From Chiloscyllium plagiosum (lineage: Eukaryota), in the NCBI RefSeq assembly GCF_004010195.1, contig NC_057749.1, forward strand, positions 12,850,254 to 12,880,617: a stretch of DNA of 30,364 nucleotides, read 5' to 3'. A program made the translations under genes and the position numbers. The notes under the pieces were generated by a model that ran no database searches, was not told the origin of the DNA, and saw only the letters and a list, made by a program, of their open reading frames with translations. Position 1 is the first letter of the stretch, and every line of letters begins with the position of its first letter. This document shows, piece by piece, positions 1-10,974 of the stretch.

Positions 1-29
1 ATGCTGCCTAACTGGCTGTGCTTTTCCAC

Positions 30-792
30 ACACCACATTGGACTAAAAACTGGCAAGTAACATTTATGCCACACAAATGCCTGGCATTGCCCATCACCAA
101 CAAGAGACAATACAACCAATGCCTCTTGACAATCAATAGCGTTATCATTACTGAATCCCCTCTATCAACATCCTGAGGGTTACCATTGATCAGAAACTCA
201 ACTGCACATGCCACAAGAGCTAGTCAGAGGCTAGGAATACTATAGTGAATAACCTACCTCCTAACTCCCTATTCACCATCCACTAGGCAAAAGTCAGGAG
301 TGTGATGGAATACTCCCCACTTGCCTGGATGGGGGCAGCCTCAACAACACTCAAGAAGTCTGACACCATCCAGGACAAAGCAGCCTGCTAGATTGGCACC
401 ACATCCACCACCTTTAATATTCAGTCACTTCACCATTCATGTTCAATAGCAGCAGTGTGTACATCCTATAAAATACACAACAGAAATTCACCAAAGATCT
501 TCAGAATGTGCCTTCCAAACCCATGACCACCTCCATCTAGAAGGAAAGGCACACTACTACTTACAAGTTCCTCTCCAAGCCACTCACCATTCTGTCTTGG
601 AAATATATCACCGTTCCTTCAGTACAGTTGGATCAAAATCCTGGAATTTCCTCCCTAAAGGCATTGTGTGTCAACCTGCAGCATGTGGACTGCAGCCATT
701 CAAGAAGGCAGATCAGCACCATCTTCTCAAGGGCAATTATGGATGGACAATAAATGCTAGCAATGTCCACATCCCACAGGTGAATAAAAAAA
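30..792 (+). mobile_element. Decayed 3' end of a CR1/L2-group non-LTR LINE (ORF2 C-terminus plus 3'UTR)
   Basis: About 287-397 translates to AKVRSVMEYSPLAWMGAASTTLKKSDTIQDKAAC*IG, a typical post-RT LINE ORF2 segment with an in-frame stop. It ends in the tail ...caagggcaattatggatggacaataaatgc...cacatcccacaggtgaataaaaaaaa. The same tail recurs near 5958, 9650, 18065, 27760(-) and 28050(-). Confidence 0.8.
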
Positions 793-920
793 ACTCTGAG
801 ATATCCCATATCCCTCACTGTAACACTCTGCTATAATCATCACTATAGTAATCTGAGATAGCCCACACCTCTCACTGTACATACAGATGTACCAACAATC
901 TGATATCTCCTGTAAACCCT
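793..920. repeat. Short degenerate tandem repeat (ctgagatatcccac...ctcactgtaaca-like unit)
   Basis: Two to three imperfect copies of tctgagata(t/g)ccca...ctcactgta near 795, 852 and 899. Confidence 0.45.
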
Positions 921-1002
921 TGTTACCACAGTCTGCAGGTGTTAGTAAGGACTATCCTTCCTCTGTGCTGTTTAGGGCTTGTTTCAGAGACACTGAAATT
1001 TT

Positions 1003-1212
1003 TGGATGTAGATTTGCTCGCTGAGCTGGAAGTTTTCAGATGTTTCATCATCACACTAGATAACATCTTCAGTGAGTCTCCAGATGGAGCTTTATCCGGA
1101 TGATGTCACCTAGTATGGTGACGAAATGTCTGAAAGTGAACCTTCCAGGTCAGCGAGCAAACCTACATTCAGAACCTCAACCTGAGCCAGAAATCTTCTC
1201 AAAATTTGCTAT
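1003..1212. mobile_element. Fold-back Penelope-terminal element (family C) with hammerhead motifs on both arms
   Basis: Imperfect inverted arms: tgtagatttgctcgctgagctggaag and cttccaggtcagcgagcaaacctaca. The 12-bp direct repeat cactgaaatttt occurs at 991-1002 and 1213-1224. The + arm reads cggatga-t-gtcacc-tagtat-ggtgac-gaaa-tgtc. Confidence 0.7.
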
Positions 1213-1357
1213 CACTGAAATTTTGTAATTTTCATGTCATATCCTATTGGCTCCTGAATGCAGAGATATCTCAGACTAAAGATTGTTGACTTTAAGCCCC
1301 TGGGCTTCAACTGATGTTCATTTTTAAACATTCTAAAACACAATGCTTAAAGCAACC

Positions 1358-1483
1358 TCACCCTCTCTCTCACACACAAACACACACACAGACAAACACA
1401 CACACAATCCCTCTCACTCTCTCTCTCTCACACACACACACAAACACACTCTCACTCTCTCTCACACACACACACACACACAC
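1358..1483. repeat. Compound (CA)n/(CT)n microsatellite
   Basis: Alternating ctctctct and cacacaca tracts. Confidence 0.95.
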
Positions 1484-1814
1484 AAAAAATCAGAGGATCC
1501 TGGTTGAATTACTACCAGAAGTTGCTTCACTTTCAAAGTGGGGACAGGAAATGAGTGAAAAGTAATACAAAAACAGTAAAATAAACTGGAAAATGAGAAA
1601 CATGAGCATAAAAATGAGAAGATAGACAGAATATGGGGTTTTATAGAATATAGATGAGGAACATTAGGCTAGGTATCTCACAATAGAAAATATAGATTGT
1701 CATGATAGACTGAACAGCCTGATTCTGTTGTGTAAGGTTCTAATTATAGAATGGATTGATATTTCCACCCCAGGGGTTAAACTACAAGAAAAACATGACT
1801 TGTAGTCACATGAG

Positions 1815-2197
1815 GTTTGAACAGTTAAGAGGTGATTTGATTAAACTTTTAATGATATTATGGGTATACAGAAAGGAAAGATTGAAAAAGACATTTTGTC
1901 TGACTGGGGAACCTAGGATGCCAAGGAGAGTTGAAAAATGAGAAACAGGTTTTTTCAGGAGTGACATGGAAATATTTCTAAGCAAATGGGTTGCAGAGGT
2001 TTTAGACTCTTGTCTGCAAATGGTGACTGATGCCAGATCAATGGTTAATGTTAAAATTAGGATTCACAACATTTTGTTACCAAAGATATTAAGGATATGG
2101 CATGAAGATATATGTAGCTAGGTTGGATATCAGTCTCACCTCATTAGATGGTAGAACTAACTTGAAGCCTGAAATTGTCTCTTCCTGCTCTATGATA
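1815..2197 (+). mobile_element. Old CR1 LINE 3' fragment
   Basis: Translates to EQLRGDLIKLLMIL (cf. the CR1 motif RRLRGDLIE.YKI), followed by a CR1-like 3'UTR ending cttcctgctctatgat. Highly diverged. Confidence 0.7.
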
Positions 2198-2991
2198 AGT
2201 TTGTTGAGGGCAAGAACATCATGCTTCTCTTTACCAGAAGTGAATTGATTTGGATATCAGATGAAGGTTGGTTAGGGCTGGTCAATAATTGAAAAACACA
2301 GCAGTGTTCTGCTCATACATGGCAAATAAGCAATTGGATAAGCAACTGGAGCCTCAGTAATTCCAAAACTCAGTGTGAGACCTTCAGGGAGGGGGGTGGC
2401 GGGGGGGGGGGAAGGTTGACAATAAATTGATAGCAATCTGGGAAACACAACATGAACCCTGTTGTCATTCAGTCAAATACAGCAACTCCCACAAGGAAAA
2501 CCATATTCAAACGTCTGGCTCCAAAATTCTACTTAAAAATAAGATCACTACTGATTTATAAGAATTATTTTTCCAAAAGGAAAAAAAACTAATATTCTTT
2601 CCCTGACTGCAGCTGATTCAGACATTTCAACATTAATGAGACTGGACTCCAATCATGATTTTGGCAAAAATTTCTAACAATAGAAAAAAACACAGAAAAC
2701 AAAGAAATGAATGGCATCTGAAAACACCCATTTTATAATCCCATGTAAACTCTCCCCACCCATTTAATCCCCTCCCATAGCTAAGTACACTCACCCCTAA
2801 CACTGACTTTACTCCGAATTTAATCACTCAATTGAAATTTCTGGGTAAGTAGATCCAGATTTCTCGATATAATTAGGATAACTCCAGAATTCTTTACATC
2901 CAACTGCTTGCCCATTACCTCTGGCATGTTGCTTGCTGTAACTATGCAGCTGAGTTCTACAGAGCAGTTCACAATTTTTAAAAACGTTTGT

Positions 2992-3282
2992 TGACAGGAT
3001 GGCTTGGCCAGCATTTATTGCCCATCCCTATTTTATTCAGAGGGCAGTTAAGAGTCAACCACATGCTGTGGCTCTGGAAACATATGTAGGCCAGACCAGG
3101 TAAGGACATGGGTCATCCAGATGGGTCCTGAACAATTAACAACAGTTGTCATTAGACTGGCCTTTTAAAAAAATTTCAGGTTTTATTGAACTCAAACTTC
3201 AGCATCGGCCACAGTGGGATTCAAACCCACACCCCCAGAACACTGACCTTGGGGTTCTGGATTATTAAACCAGGACATCATC
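2992..3282 (-). mobile_element. tRNA-derived shark SINE remnant with LINE-derived tail
   Basis: The reverse complement contains gtccttacctggtctggcctacatatg and gggatgggcaataaatgctggccaagcc. It also has a B-box-like ggtttgaatccc near 3217-3228. Same family as 9255-9480 and 17395-18175. Confidence 0.7.
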
Positions 3283-3379
3283 ACCTCCCATCAATTTAAT
3301 GCATCTCAACAGGCTACATCACATTTAATGCAATAAAATATACCAGGTTATTCTGAGGTGAGGGATTGGCTGAGTGAGG

Positions 3380-3494
3380 GCATGTGCCCGAAACGTCGAA
3401 TCTTCTGTTCCCTAGATGCTGCCTGACCTGCTGTGCTGTTCCAGCAATAAAGTTTCAGCTTTGATCTCCAGCGTCTGCAGACCTCACTTTCTCC
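3380..3494 (+). mobile_element. 5'-truncated Penelope-terminal element (family A)
   Basis: gggcatgtgcccgaaacgtcgaatc...gatctccagcgtctgcagacctcactttctcc matches the copies at 18786 and 27431. The 10-bp direct repeat ctgagtgagg occurs at 3370-3379 and 3495-3504. Confidence 0.8.
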
Positions 3495-3889
3495 CTGAGT
3501 GAGGAATACGCCATGATTCTGGGAATAGACAAAACTGAAATGGTAGAAGTGGATTTTAGGAACTGTTTGGATGGTGGATAATATTGAGTAGGTAAAGGAG
3601 GTTAAGGGAAGGGTGGGGGGGGGGGGGAGGAACTGAAGAATGAGCACCCCATGCAGTGCTAAGGAACATGTGAGAGGAGATCTGCAAGAGAGGGGAAAGT
3701 GAGCACAGAATAAGGAATTGAAGAAGGGTGCCAAGGACATGTGATGTCAGGCCATGGAAAGAGTTACAGATGTGAAGTAATATTCCAGTTCATGGACTGA
3801 GAGATGGTGTGATGCACCATGTGACCCACATCAGTTCTACATGTGTTTGTCTTTTTGCTCCACTGACTCTAACAGAGGTTTATAAACTT

Positions 3890-3988
3890 GTAATAAAAAC
3901 AAATTGCTGAGAAATTCAGCAGGTCTGGCAAAATGTGTGGAGAGACAGCAGAATCTATGTTTTGAGTCCAGTGACCCGTCTTCAGAAC
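3890..3988 (-). mobile_element. Short Penelope-terminal element (family B)
   Basis: The reverse complement starts agttCTGAAGAcgggtcactggactcaaaacat, similar to the 3' end of the PLE at 16491-16627. The 11-bp direct repeat tttataaactt occurs at 3879-3889 and 3989-3999. Confidence 0.7.
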
Positions 3989-4534
3989 TTTATAAACTTC
4001 TGCGTTGTATGTATTGCTGCACACTGTCAGGAGCAGAGACGTGGATGTTTGCGACATTATTTTGCTTTTGGAGGGGAAGCTGCTGAGTTGGACCAGATCC
4101 CAGCATGGCTTCTGGGATATCAATTCTCCAGAATGTCCTGTTTTCAGTAGGCAGTTTCCTGCATCCTACATTCCGCCACCCCACTTCAGCATTGGATCAC
4201 CTTAAATACATCCGGGTTAGCTGTACTTCTGCCAGGATCAAATTCTACAGGCGCCAGGAATTTTTACAGCCTGCCTAATGCCAGAATATCTGGCTCATTT
4301 CAAACAGATCATATCCCAAGGGGTTGTGGAATTTGGAATCTGGAATGTTCCAGCTGAGTATTCTGAGATTCCTGTTTTATTCTGTTTCTCTGCCAAATCA
4401 ATGCTTCTTGGATTATTAGGCAGAGTTCAACATGAGTCTGGATTACAAAACTATGCTGTAAATAAATTTCAAAACTTGACTGGCAACGGAAAATGCAAAC
4501 AAATTTCTTTGTGTCGTCAGATTCAGGACATCAA

Positions 4535-4945
4535 GATAGAATCATAGAGATGTACAGCATAGAAACAGACCCTTCGATCCAACCCGTCCATGCCGACCAG
4601 ATATCCCAACCCAATCTAGTCCCACTTGCCAGCACCCGGCCCTCTCCCTCCAAACCTTTCCTATTCATATCCCCATCCAGATGCCTTTTAAATGCTGTAA
4701 TTGTACCAACCTCCACCACTTCCTCTGGCAGCTCATTCCATACATGTACTACTCTCTGCGTGAAAAAATTGTCCCTTAGGTCCCTTTTAAATCTTTCCCC
4801 TCTCACCTAAACCTATGCCCTCTAGTTCTGGATCCCCCACCCCAGGGAAAAAACCTTGTCTATTTACCCTATCCATGCCTCACATGATTTTGTAAACCTC
4901 GCTAAGGTCACCTCTCAACCTCTGACACTCCAAGAAAAAAGCCTC
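4535..4945 (-). mobile_element. CR1 (HER1-like) LINE 3' end
   Basis: ORF 4531-4806 (RGERFKRDLRDNFFTQRVVHVWNELPEEVVEVGTITAFKRHLD) is the CR1 ORF2 C-terminus. The 3'UTR gaagggtctgtttctatgctgta resembles the HE1 SINE tail. Confidence 0.9.
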
Positions 4946-5130
4946 AGCTGGAGTAATCCAAGATGGAGACAAGAAAAATTTGTGGCCGTATTATTTGCAT
5001 CATTCTGGAATTCTTAAACTTTGGAAGTTCCAACAAGGTGACCACAATGTGGCTTTAAGTTAAAAGCTCATGGTGTCAAGTCTTCTTCCAAAGGGTCAAC
5101 CAAACAAATGTAGGACCACATTGCAGTTAT

Positions 5131-5957
5131 AGAGGGAGCGCTGCACTGTCAGAGTGTCAGTGCTGTGGGAATGCTGCACTGTCAGAGTGTCAGTGCTGAG
5201 GGAGCGCTGCACTGTTGGAGGGTCAGTGCTGAGGGAGTACTGCACTGTCAGAGTGTCAGTGCTGAGGGAGCGCTGCACTGTTGGAGGGTCAGTGCTGAGG
5301 GAGCGCCGCACTGTCGGAGGGTCAGTGCTGAGGGAGTGCTGCACTGTCAGAGTGTCAGTGCTGAGGGAGCGCTGCACTGTCAGAGTGTCAGTGCTGAGGG
5401 AGCGCTGCACTGTCGGAGGGTCAGTGCTGAGGGAGCGCCGCGGGAGCACCGCACTGTCGGAGGGTCAGTGCTGAGGGAGCGCCGCACTGTCGGAAAGGTC
5501 AGTGCTGAGGGAGTGCCACACTGTCGTAGGGTCAGTGTTGAGGGAGTGCTGCACTGTCAGAGGGTCAGTGCTGAGGGAGCGCCGCACTGTCGGAGGGTCA
5601 GTGCTGAGGGAGCGCCGCACTGTCGGAGGGTCGGTGCTGAGGGACTGCCACACTGTCCAAGGGTTAATGCTGAGGGATCGTCACGCTGTCGGAAGGTCAG
5701 TGCTGAGGGACTGCCACACTGTCCAAGGGTTAATGCTGAGAGATCGTCACACTGTCGGAGGGTCAGTGCTGAGAGAATGCCGCACTGTTAGAGGGTCAGT
5801 GCTAAGGGAGTGCCGTACCATCAGACAGTCAGTTCTGTGGGTGTACTGCACTGTCGAGAGTCAGTACAGAAGGAGTGCCGTATTGTCAACAGGGTCTGCA
5901 CTCAGGTAATGCTGCACTGTCAGAGCTCAGTAATGAAAATGTGCCATACTGTTGGAT
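5131..5957. repeat. 33-bp tandem satellite, about 25 units
   Basis: The unit ctgagggagcgctgcactgtcggagggtcagtg repeats head-to-tail and decays toward the right. It produces 11-aa periodic ORFs on both strands. Confidence 0.95.
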
Positions 5958-6056
5958 CAGTTCAAGAAGGCAACTCATCTTCTCAAGGGGCAACTAGGGA
6001 CAGGCAATAAATGCTGGCCCAGCCAGCCACGCCCACATCCCACAAATGAATAAAAG
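5958..6056 (+). mobile_element. Isolated LINE/SINE 3' tail fragment
   Basis: cagttcaagaaggcaactcatcttctcaaggggcaactagggacaggcaataaatgctggcccagccagccacgcccacatcccacaaatgaataaaa is homologous to about 695-790. Confidence 0.8.
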
Positions 6057-6060
6057 CTAA

Positions 6061-6545
6061 CACGACACTGTTTGGATGTCAGCATTGAAGGATGGCTGCA
6101 ATTTCAGAGTGTCAACTTTTCCATGAAATGTTAAATCAATGTCCCAGCTGCATGTCTTTGATGCTTGTTAAAGACCCCAACGAATTATTCAAAGATCCAT
6201 CAAAAAATTTTTTAACACAAACCAAACAGAGCTAAAACTAATTCTCTGGTCATTTATTTAATTCTTGAATGTCATTGTTGACTCTGAATCCACCACTCTA
6301 CTAGCATTGCAATCCAAATGCTAACCATTCATCACCTGAAGAAGATTTTGTAAATGTTACACCTGGTTCTTCAATCAGCTACCTGAAATTCAGAGGGTAT
6401 TGACCTTTGAGGCATTGTAAACAGTTTATTTTTATTTTCTCTTTCTAAACCCTTCACAAACTCTAAATACCTCAATCAAACCTCTTCTTCACCCTCTTTA
6501 TTCTAAGGAAAACTTTAGAACAGTGACTACATTTAAAAGGTAACA
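6061..6545 (+). mobile_element. Decayed DeuSINE-like remnant interrupted by a minus-strand CR1 fragment (about 6300-6515)
   Basis: Deu-domain-like words (tgaaatgttaaatcaatgtccc, taaagacccc, tctggtcattt) and a distal aacagtgactacatttaaaag. The intervening sequence resembles antisense CR1 (ctaaacccttcacaaactctaaatacctcaatcaaa). Confidence 0.5.
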
Positions 6546-6862
6546 TACACATACCTGCACACATTCACAAACACACAGAACTGCACATACTCAACACCAC
6601 CCCCACCCATGTATGCACAAACACACACTCTCACAGACACACCTCGCTGTTAACTCACAGCCACACAACACATTGTTATAGACACACCTCACTGTCACAC
6701 TCACACACCACATTGCATATCTTCATACAAGCTCCACTGCACATACTCATTAACATGCAACTACACATTCACAAACACAGCTCTCTGCACATACTCACAA
6801 ACACACCTCACTGTACGCTTATGGACATACCCAACTGCTCACATTCACAGACACAGCTCACA
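6546..6862. repeat. Degenerate CA-rich low-complexity tract
   Basis: Recurrent cacacattcacaaacacac, ctgcacatactca and gacacacctcactgt motifs. Confidence 0.8.
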
Positions 6863-6869
6863 AAAGCAG

Positions 6870-8280
6870 TGGATTGAAGGAGTGTCTTGAGGAAAGAGAA
6901 TTAGAGAGGGAATTTCAGAGATTAGTGGCCAAGCAGCTCAAAACCTGGTCAAAAATGGAAGAGCAATTTCCCCCGGTCCTCATCTTCCACCCCATTTATC
7001 TCCAAATACAGTGCATTATCCTTCGCCATTTCCGCCACCTACAATCAGACCCCACAACCAGACATATATTTCCCTCTCCACCCCTAACAGCATTCCGCAA
7101 AGACTATTCCCTCCTCGACTTCTTCGTTAGGTCCGTGCATCCCCCCACCCCCACCAATCCACCCTCCACTCTCAACACCTTCCCTTGCCACCACACCTCT
7201 CCACTCACCTCTGTCCAAGACCCCAAAAGATCCTTCCACATCCAGCAGAGATTTTCCTGCACATCCAAACACCTCATATACTGTGTCTGTTGCTCTTGAC
7301 GTGGTCTCCACTACATTGAGGAGGCAGGATGCCAATTTGTGGAACATTTCAGGGAACATCTCTGGGACACATACATCAAACAACTCCACTGAGCTGTGGC
7401 CAACTACTTCAACTCCCCCACTCCGTCAACAATATGCAAGTCTTGGGCCTCCACCACTGCCAAATCCTAGCCACCTGACGATTGGAGGAAGAACACCTCA
7501 TCTTCTGCCATGGGACTCTCCAACTACACGGCATCAACGTCAATTTCATCAGTTTCCTCATTTCCCCTCCTCTCACCTCATCACAGACCCAACCCTCCAA
7601 CTCGGTATTGCCCTCTTGAATTGTCCTACCTGTCCATCTTCTTTCCCACTGATCTGCTCCACCCTCCACTCTGACCTATCACCATCACCCCCCCCCACCT
7701 GTATCTACCTATCACCTTCCCAGGTACCTTGCCCCCAGCCCCACCCCCAGCCTCCTACTTATCCCCCCCATCCCATAATTAATGAAGGGCTAATGTCCGA
7801 AATATCAATCCTCCTGCTCCTTGGATGCTGCCTGACCTGTTGTGCTTTTCCAGTGCCACACTTTTCGACTCTGGAGCAACTAAACTCCAGTCTGCTCAAC
7901 AGAACAGGAAGAAAGCACAGAGATCCTGAAGTTTTATAGGTTTGGAAAAGGTTACAATGATAAGGAGGGACAATATCATTGATGGCTTCAAAAACAAGGA
8001 TGAGAATCTTCAAACTGAGGCTGTGCTTTACTGAAAGTTAATGTAGCTCAGCAAACCCAGGGGGTGAGAGGTGTAACAGGGTTGAGTGAGAGTTAAGAAA
8101 TGAATAGCAGAGTTTTGGATGACCTCAAGTTAATGAAGGATAGAATGGGAGCAGCCATCGGTGCAATGGAATCCTCATGTCTGCAGGTATCAATGTGTGA
8201 ACATGGTTCAGCAGTAAGTGAGCTGAGACGGGAGAGAGTCAGGTGAACTCGTGGAAATTGGAAAAGACAATCTTAGTCAG
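6870..8280 (-). mobile_element. L2-type LINE 3' remnant, split by a Penelope insertion
   Basis: Minus ORF 7759-8013 begins KILILVFEAINDIVPPYHCNLFQ (cf. the L2 motif FKIL.LVFK.LHGLAPPYL..LL). gagcaa is present on both sides of the nested PLE (6961-6966 and about 7874-7879). Confidence 0.7.
6967..7873 (+). mobile_element. Penelope-like retroelement 3' portion (GIY-YIG endonuclease remnant plus terminal repeat, family A)
   Basis: Translates to PVLIFHPIYLQIQCIILRHFRHLQSDPTTRHIFPSPPLTAFRKD...FSCTSKHLIYCVCCS*RGLHYIEE...FREHL, with stops. It ends in aatgaagggctaatgtccgaaatatc...ggatgctgcctgacctg, a decayed version of the family A hammerhead terminus. Confidence 0.88.
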
Positions 8281-8286
8281 TAATCT

Positions 8287-8571
8287 CTGCCTCACAACGC
8301 CAGAGACCTGGGTTCAATTCCCGCCTCAGGCGACTGACTGTATGGAGTTTGCACATTCTGCGTGGGTTTCATCCGGGTGCTCCGGTTTCCTCCCACAGTC
8401 CAAAAATGTGCAGGTTAGGTGAATTGGTAATGCTAAATTGCCCGTAGTGTTAGGTGAAGGGGTAAATGCAGGGGAGTGGGTCTGGGTGGGTGCGCTTCGG
8501 AAGGTCGGTGTGGACTTATTGGGCCGAAAGGCCTGTTTCCACGCTGTAAGTAATCTAATCTAATCTAATCT
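8287..8571 (+). mobile_element. HE1-type V-SINE, 5'-truncated
   Basis: B box gggttcaattccc, V-domain gggtgctccggtttcctcccacagtccaaa, tail gggccgaaaggcctgtttcc followed by (taatc)n. Confidence 0.93.
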
Positions 8572-8849
8572 CAAAGGTGATGGCCATTAGGAAATGTCTC
8601 CCACATTCAGGTCTCATTGTCAGGTGTTCTAGTAACAAGGTATGGATAGCCAAGTTATGACTCAGTAGTCAGCTCCCACTACAGAAAGTCTTTGGCTATA
8701 TGACTGTCATCCATCTGATGAATTAGACTGAGCCAACAGAGGCATTGTCCAAATGCTGAGTACATCTGATGAGTGCAAGATGAAAGAAAAGCTTCAACTT
8801 TTCATCTTCTTTTAGCCATGTTTAACTCCTCTACTACCAAGCAATTATT

Positions 8850-9165
8850 TACATATCTGGTCCATAAATCCTTGATAAACTTACCTAACAAAAAAGTCTA
8901 TCCATTTGATTCAAAGCCCCAGTTTCCACAGCCCTGTAGGGAGAGAATTCCAGAATTCATGACCCTTTGTGTGGAGAAGTTTTCCCTGATTTCAGTCTGA
9001 AGTGGCCTGGCTCTAATCTTAAGATTATGTCTTGTTTGAATTACCCCAAAGGAGGAAGTATTTTTGCCGAGTGCTGTTTTGAATATCATTAACTACCTTG
9101 ATTAGTGATCTCCCCTCCCCCAACTTCTAAACTGAAGGGAGTATGACTCAGTCCTTCTACAAACT
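8850..9165 (-). mobile_element. Old CR1 LINE fragment
   Basis: Minus ORF 8898-9089 reads TRHNLKIRARPLQTEIRENFSTQRVMNS, the CR1 ORF2 C-terminus. Confidence 0.75.
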
Positions 9166-9254
9166 TTCCTCTACTTCCTCTTCCTCATGGGAAAGGCAAC
9201 AGCCTAGTGATTTAATTGCTACCAGAGCCATGCCTTCTTTTCCTCTCTCTATTA

Positions 9255-9750
9255 ATCTACAGACCCAGGTACTGTTCTGGGGACTTGGATTTGAATCCCA
9301 CCATGACAGATGGTGGCATATTAATCCAATGTAAAAATCCAGTTCAATGATGCTCATGAAACTACTGTCGGGAAAAAACACACACTGGTTCATTAATGCC
9401 TTTAGAGAGGAAAACTGTCATCCTTACCTGGTCTGGCCTATGTATGACTCCAGACCCACAGCAATATCATTGATTCTGAGCAGACTTGTGTAAACCACTA
9501 GAACAAAAACCATCTGGCATTGTCATAGGCATCGGAAATGACAACAGCATAACAGCCCTGTCTCTATTGCCATTCCTTTAATGTCACTAGGTCAAAATCT
9601 TGGAACTCCCTCCTGATTGGCATTGTGGGTCGACCTACAACAAATGCACTGCAGTGGTTCAAGAAGGCAGCTCACCACCACCTTCCCAAGGGCAACTAGG
9701 GATCGGCAATAAATCCAGTATTGCCTTCATCCCACGAGTCAAAACAAAAA
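9255..9750 (+). mobile_element. tRNA-derived shark SINE remnant followed by a LINE 3' tail
   Basis: Contains ggatttgaatcccaccatg (B-box-like) and tccttacctggtctggcctatgtatgactccagacccacagcaat. These are followed by ggttcaagaaggcagctcaccaccaccttcccaagggcaactagggat. Confidence 0.7.
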
Positions 9751-9859
9751 TTCAACCCTCTCAGACTTTGCATTATTCTGATGAATTTTACTGCCAGGAG
9801 TTAACTCACTTCTTCAGAATCCATTCTGAAGCAAGCAGTGTGTCAGAACATTACAGACT

Positions 9860-10208
9860 GGGCGGCACGGTGGCACAGTGGTTAGCACTGCTGCCTCACA
9901 GCGCCTGAGACCCGGGTTCAATTCCCGCCTCAGGCGACTGACTGTGTGGAGTTTGCACGTTCTCCCCGTGTCTGCGTGGGTTTCCTCCGGGTGCTCCGGT
10001 TTCCTCCCACAGTCCAAAAAAGATGTGCAGGGTCAGGTGAATTGGCCATGCTAAATTGCCCGTAGTGTTAGGTAAGGGGTAAATGTAGGGGTATGGGTGG
10101 GTTTCGCTTCGGCGGGTCAGTGTGGACTTGTTGGGCCGAAGGGCCTGTTTCCATACTGTAATGTAATGTAATGTAATGTAATGTAATCTAATCTAATCTA
10201 ATCTAATC
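9860..10208 (+). mobile_element. HE1-type V-SINE, full length
   Basis: Head ggcggcacggtggcacagtggttagcac (A box), B box, V-domain, CR1-like tail, then (taatg)n(taatc)n. Confidence 0.96.
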
Positions 10209-10974
10209 CTCATGCCTTGACCTGCTAAGGCCCTATAAACATAGGAGCTATGATACAAACACATTCTCTGATGTGTTGATTCCATGATAAAGGGGTCGAC
10301 AGTGTTCTGCTATTGATTGTGCCCATCAAGTAGTTAAACACTTCCTGGAATGGGCATTTTTGCCATTGTGCCTCCGTTTCCTAAGCTTCCTATTACAGGA
10401 ACAGTGGAAAATATTAACAAGAAAATTCCATCCATTTTTCTTGATGCACACCATTGTAGAGTGGCCTAATATTGACACTACCCCTTTTAAGTACACGTTT
10501 TAAGCTCGTGTCAAACTGCAGCTTTGAAAGAAGAGCAAAGCTGCTGTAAATGAGCAGGCTGTTTTTCCTCTTGGCAGTTACAGCTGTGTTTCCGAAAGTA
10601 CTGGCCCCATTTCTGCAGTCGACAACGGTGAAGGCATATCGACCCTCTCAGTAATGTGTTCCAGCTGGAATCATTCTTACATCGGAAACCTGTGGACAAT
10701 TAAAGTTCCTGGGCATGTAAGAAATTAAATGGAACATCACCACCCATGTGGGGGAGGAATGTTGAACTACAGTTTCAGATTCACAGCAGCAGCTGCACAG
10801 AATTCAGACAGGAGGTAGCCTGTGTGCTGGAATCTAACTTGATAACAGGGCGGAACTGAACAGGGTATTTCATGGTATGAAGAATATTTGTTCCTCCCTA
10901 ACCTGGTGTGGGTGTGCCTGAATATACACAACTAATCTCTGGTTTAACAGGTTTATTTGGAAGCATTAGCTTTC

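Noticed and set aside
2388..2412. G-run as a promoter GC box or functional G4 (similar run at about 3615)
   Set aside because: An isolated homopolymer with no CpG island or other promoter evidence.
5096..5909. Long ORFs with 11-aa Cys/His periodicity; CRISPR-like appearance
   Set aside because: The ORFs are translation products of a 33-bp tandem repeat on both strands. There are no unique spacers and no cas genes, and the context is eukaryotic.
7283..7939. 218-aa Pro/His-rich ORF
   Set aside because: It is an alternative frame of the Penelope remnant and its C-rich 3' region.
9860..9935. tRNA gene-like A and B boxes (also at the other HE1 heads)
   Set aside because: They continue into the V-domain and LINE-like tail, so these are SINE heads rather than tRNA genes.
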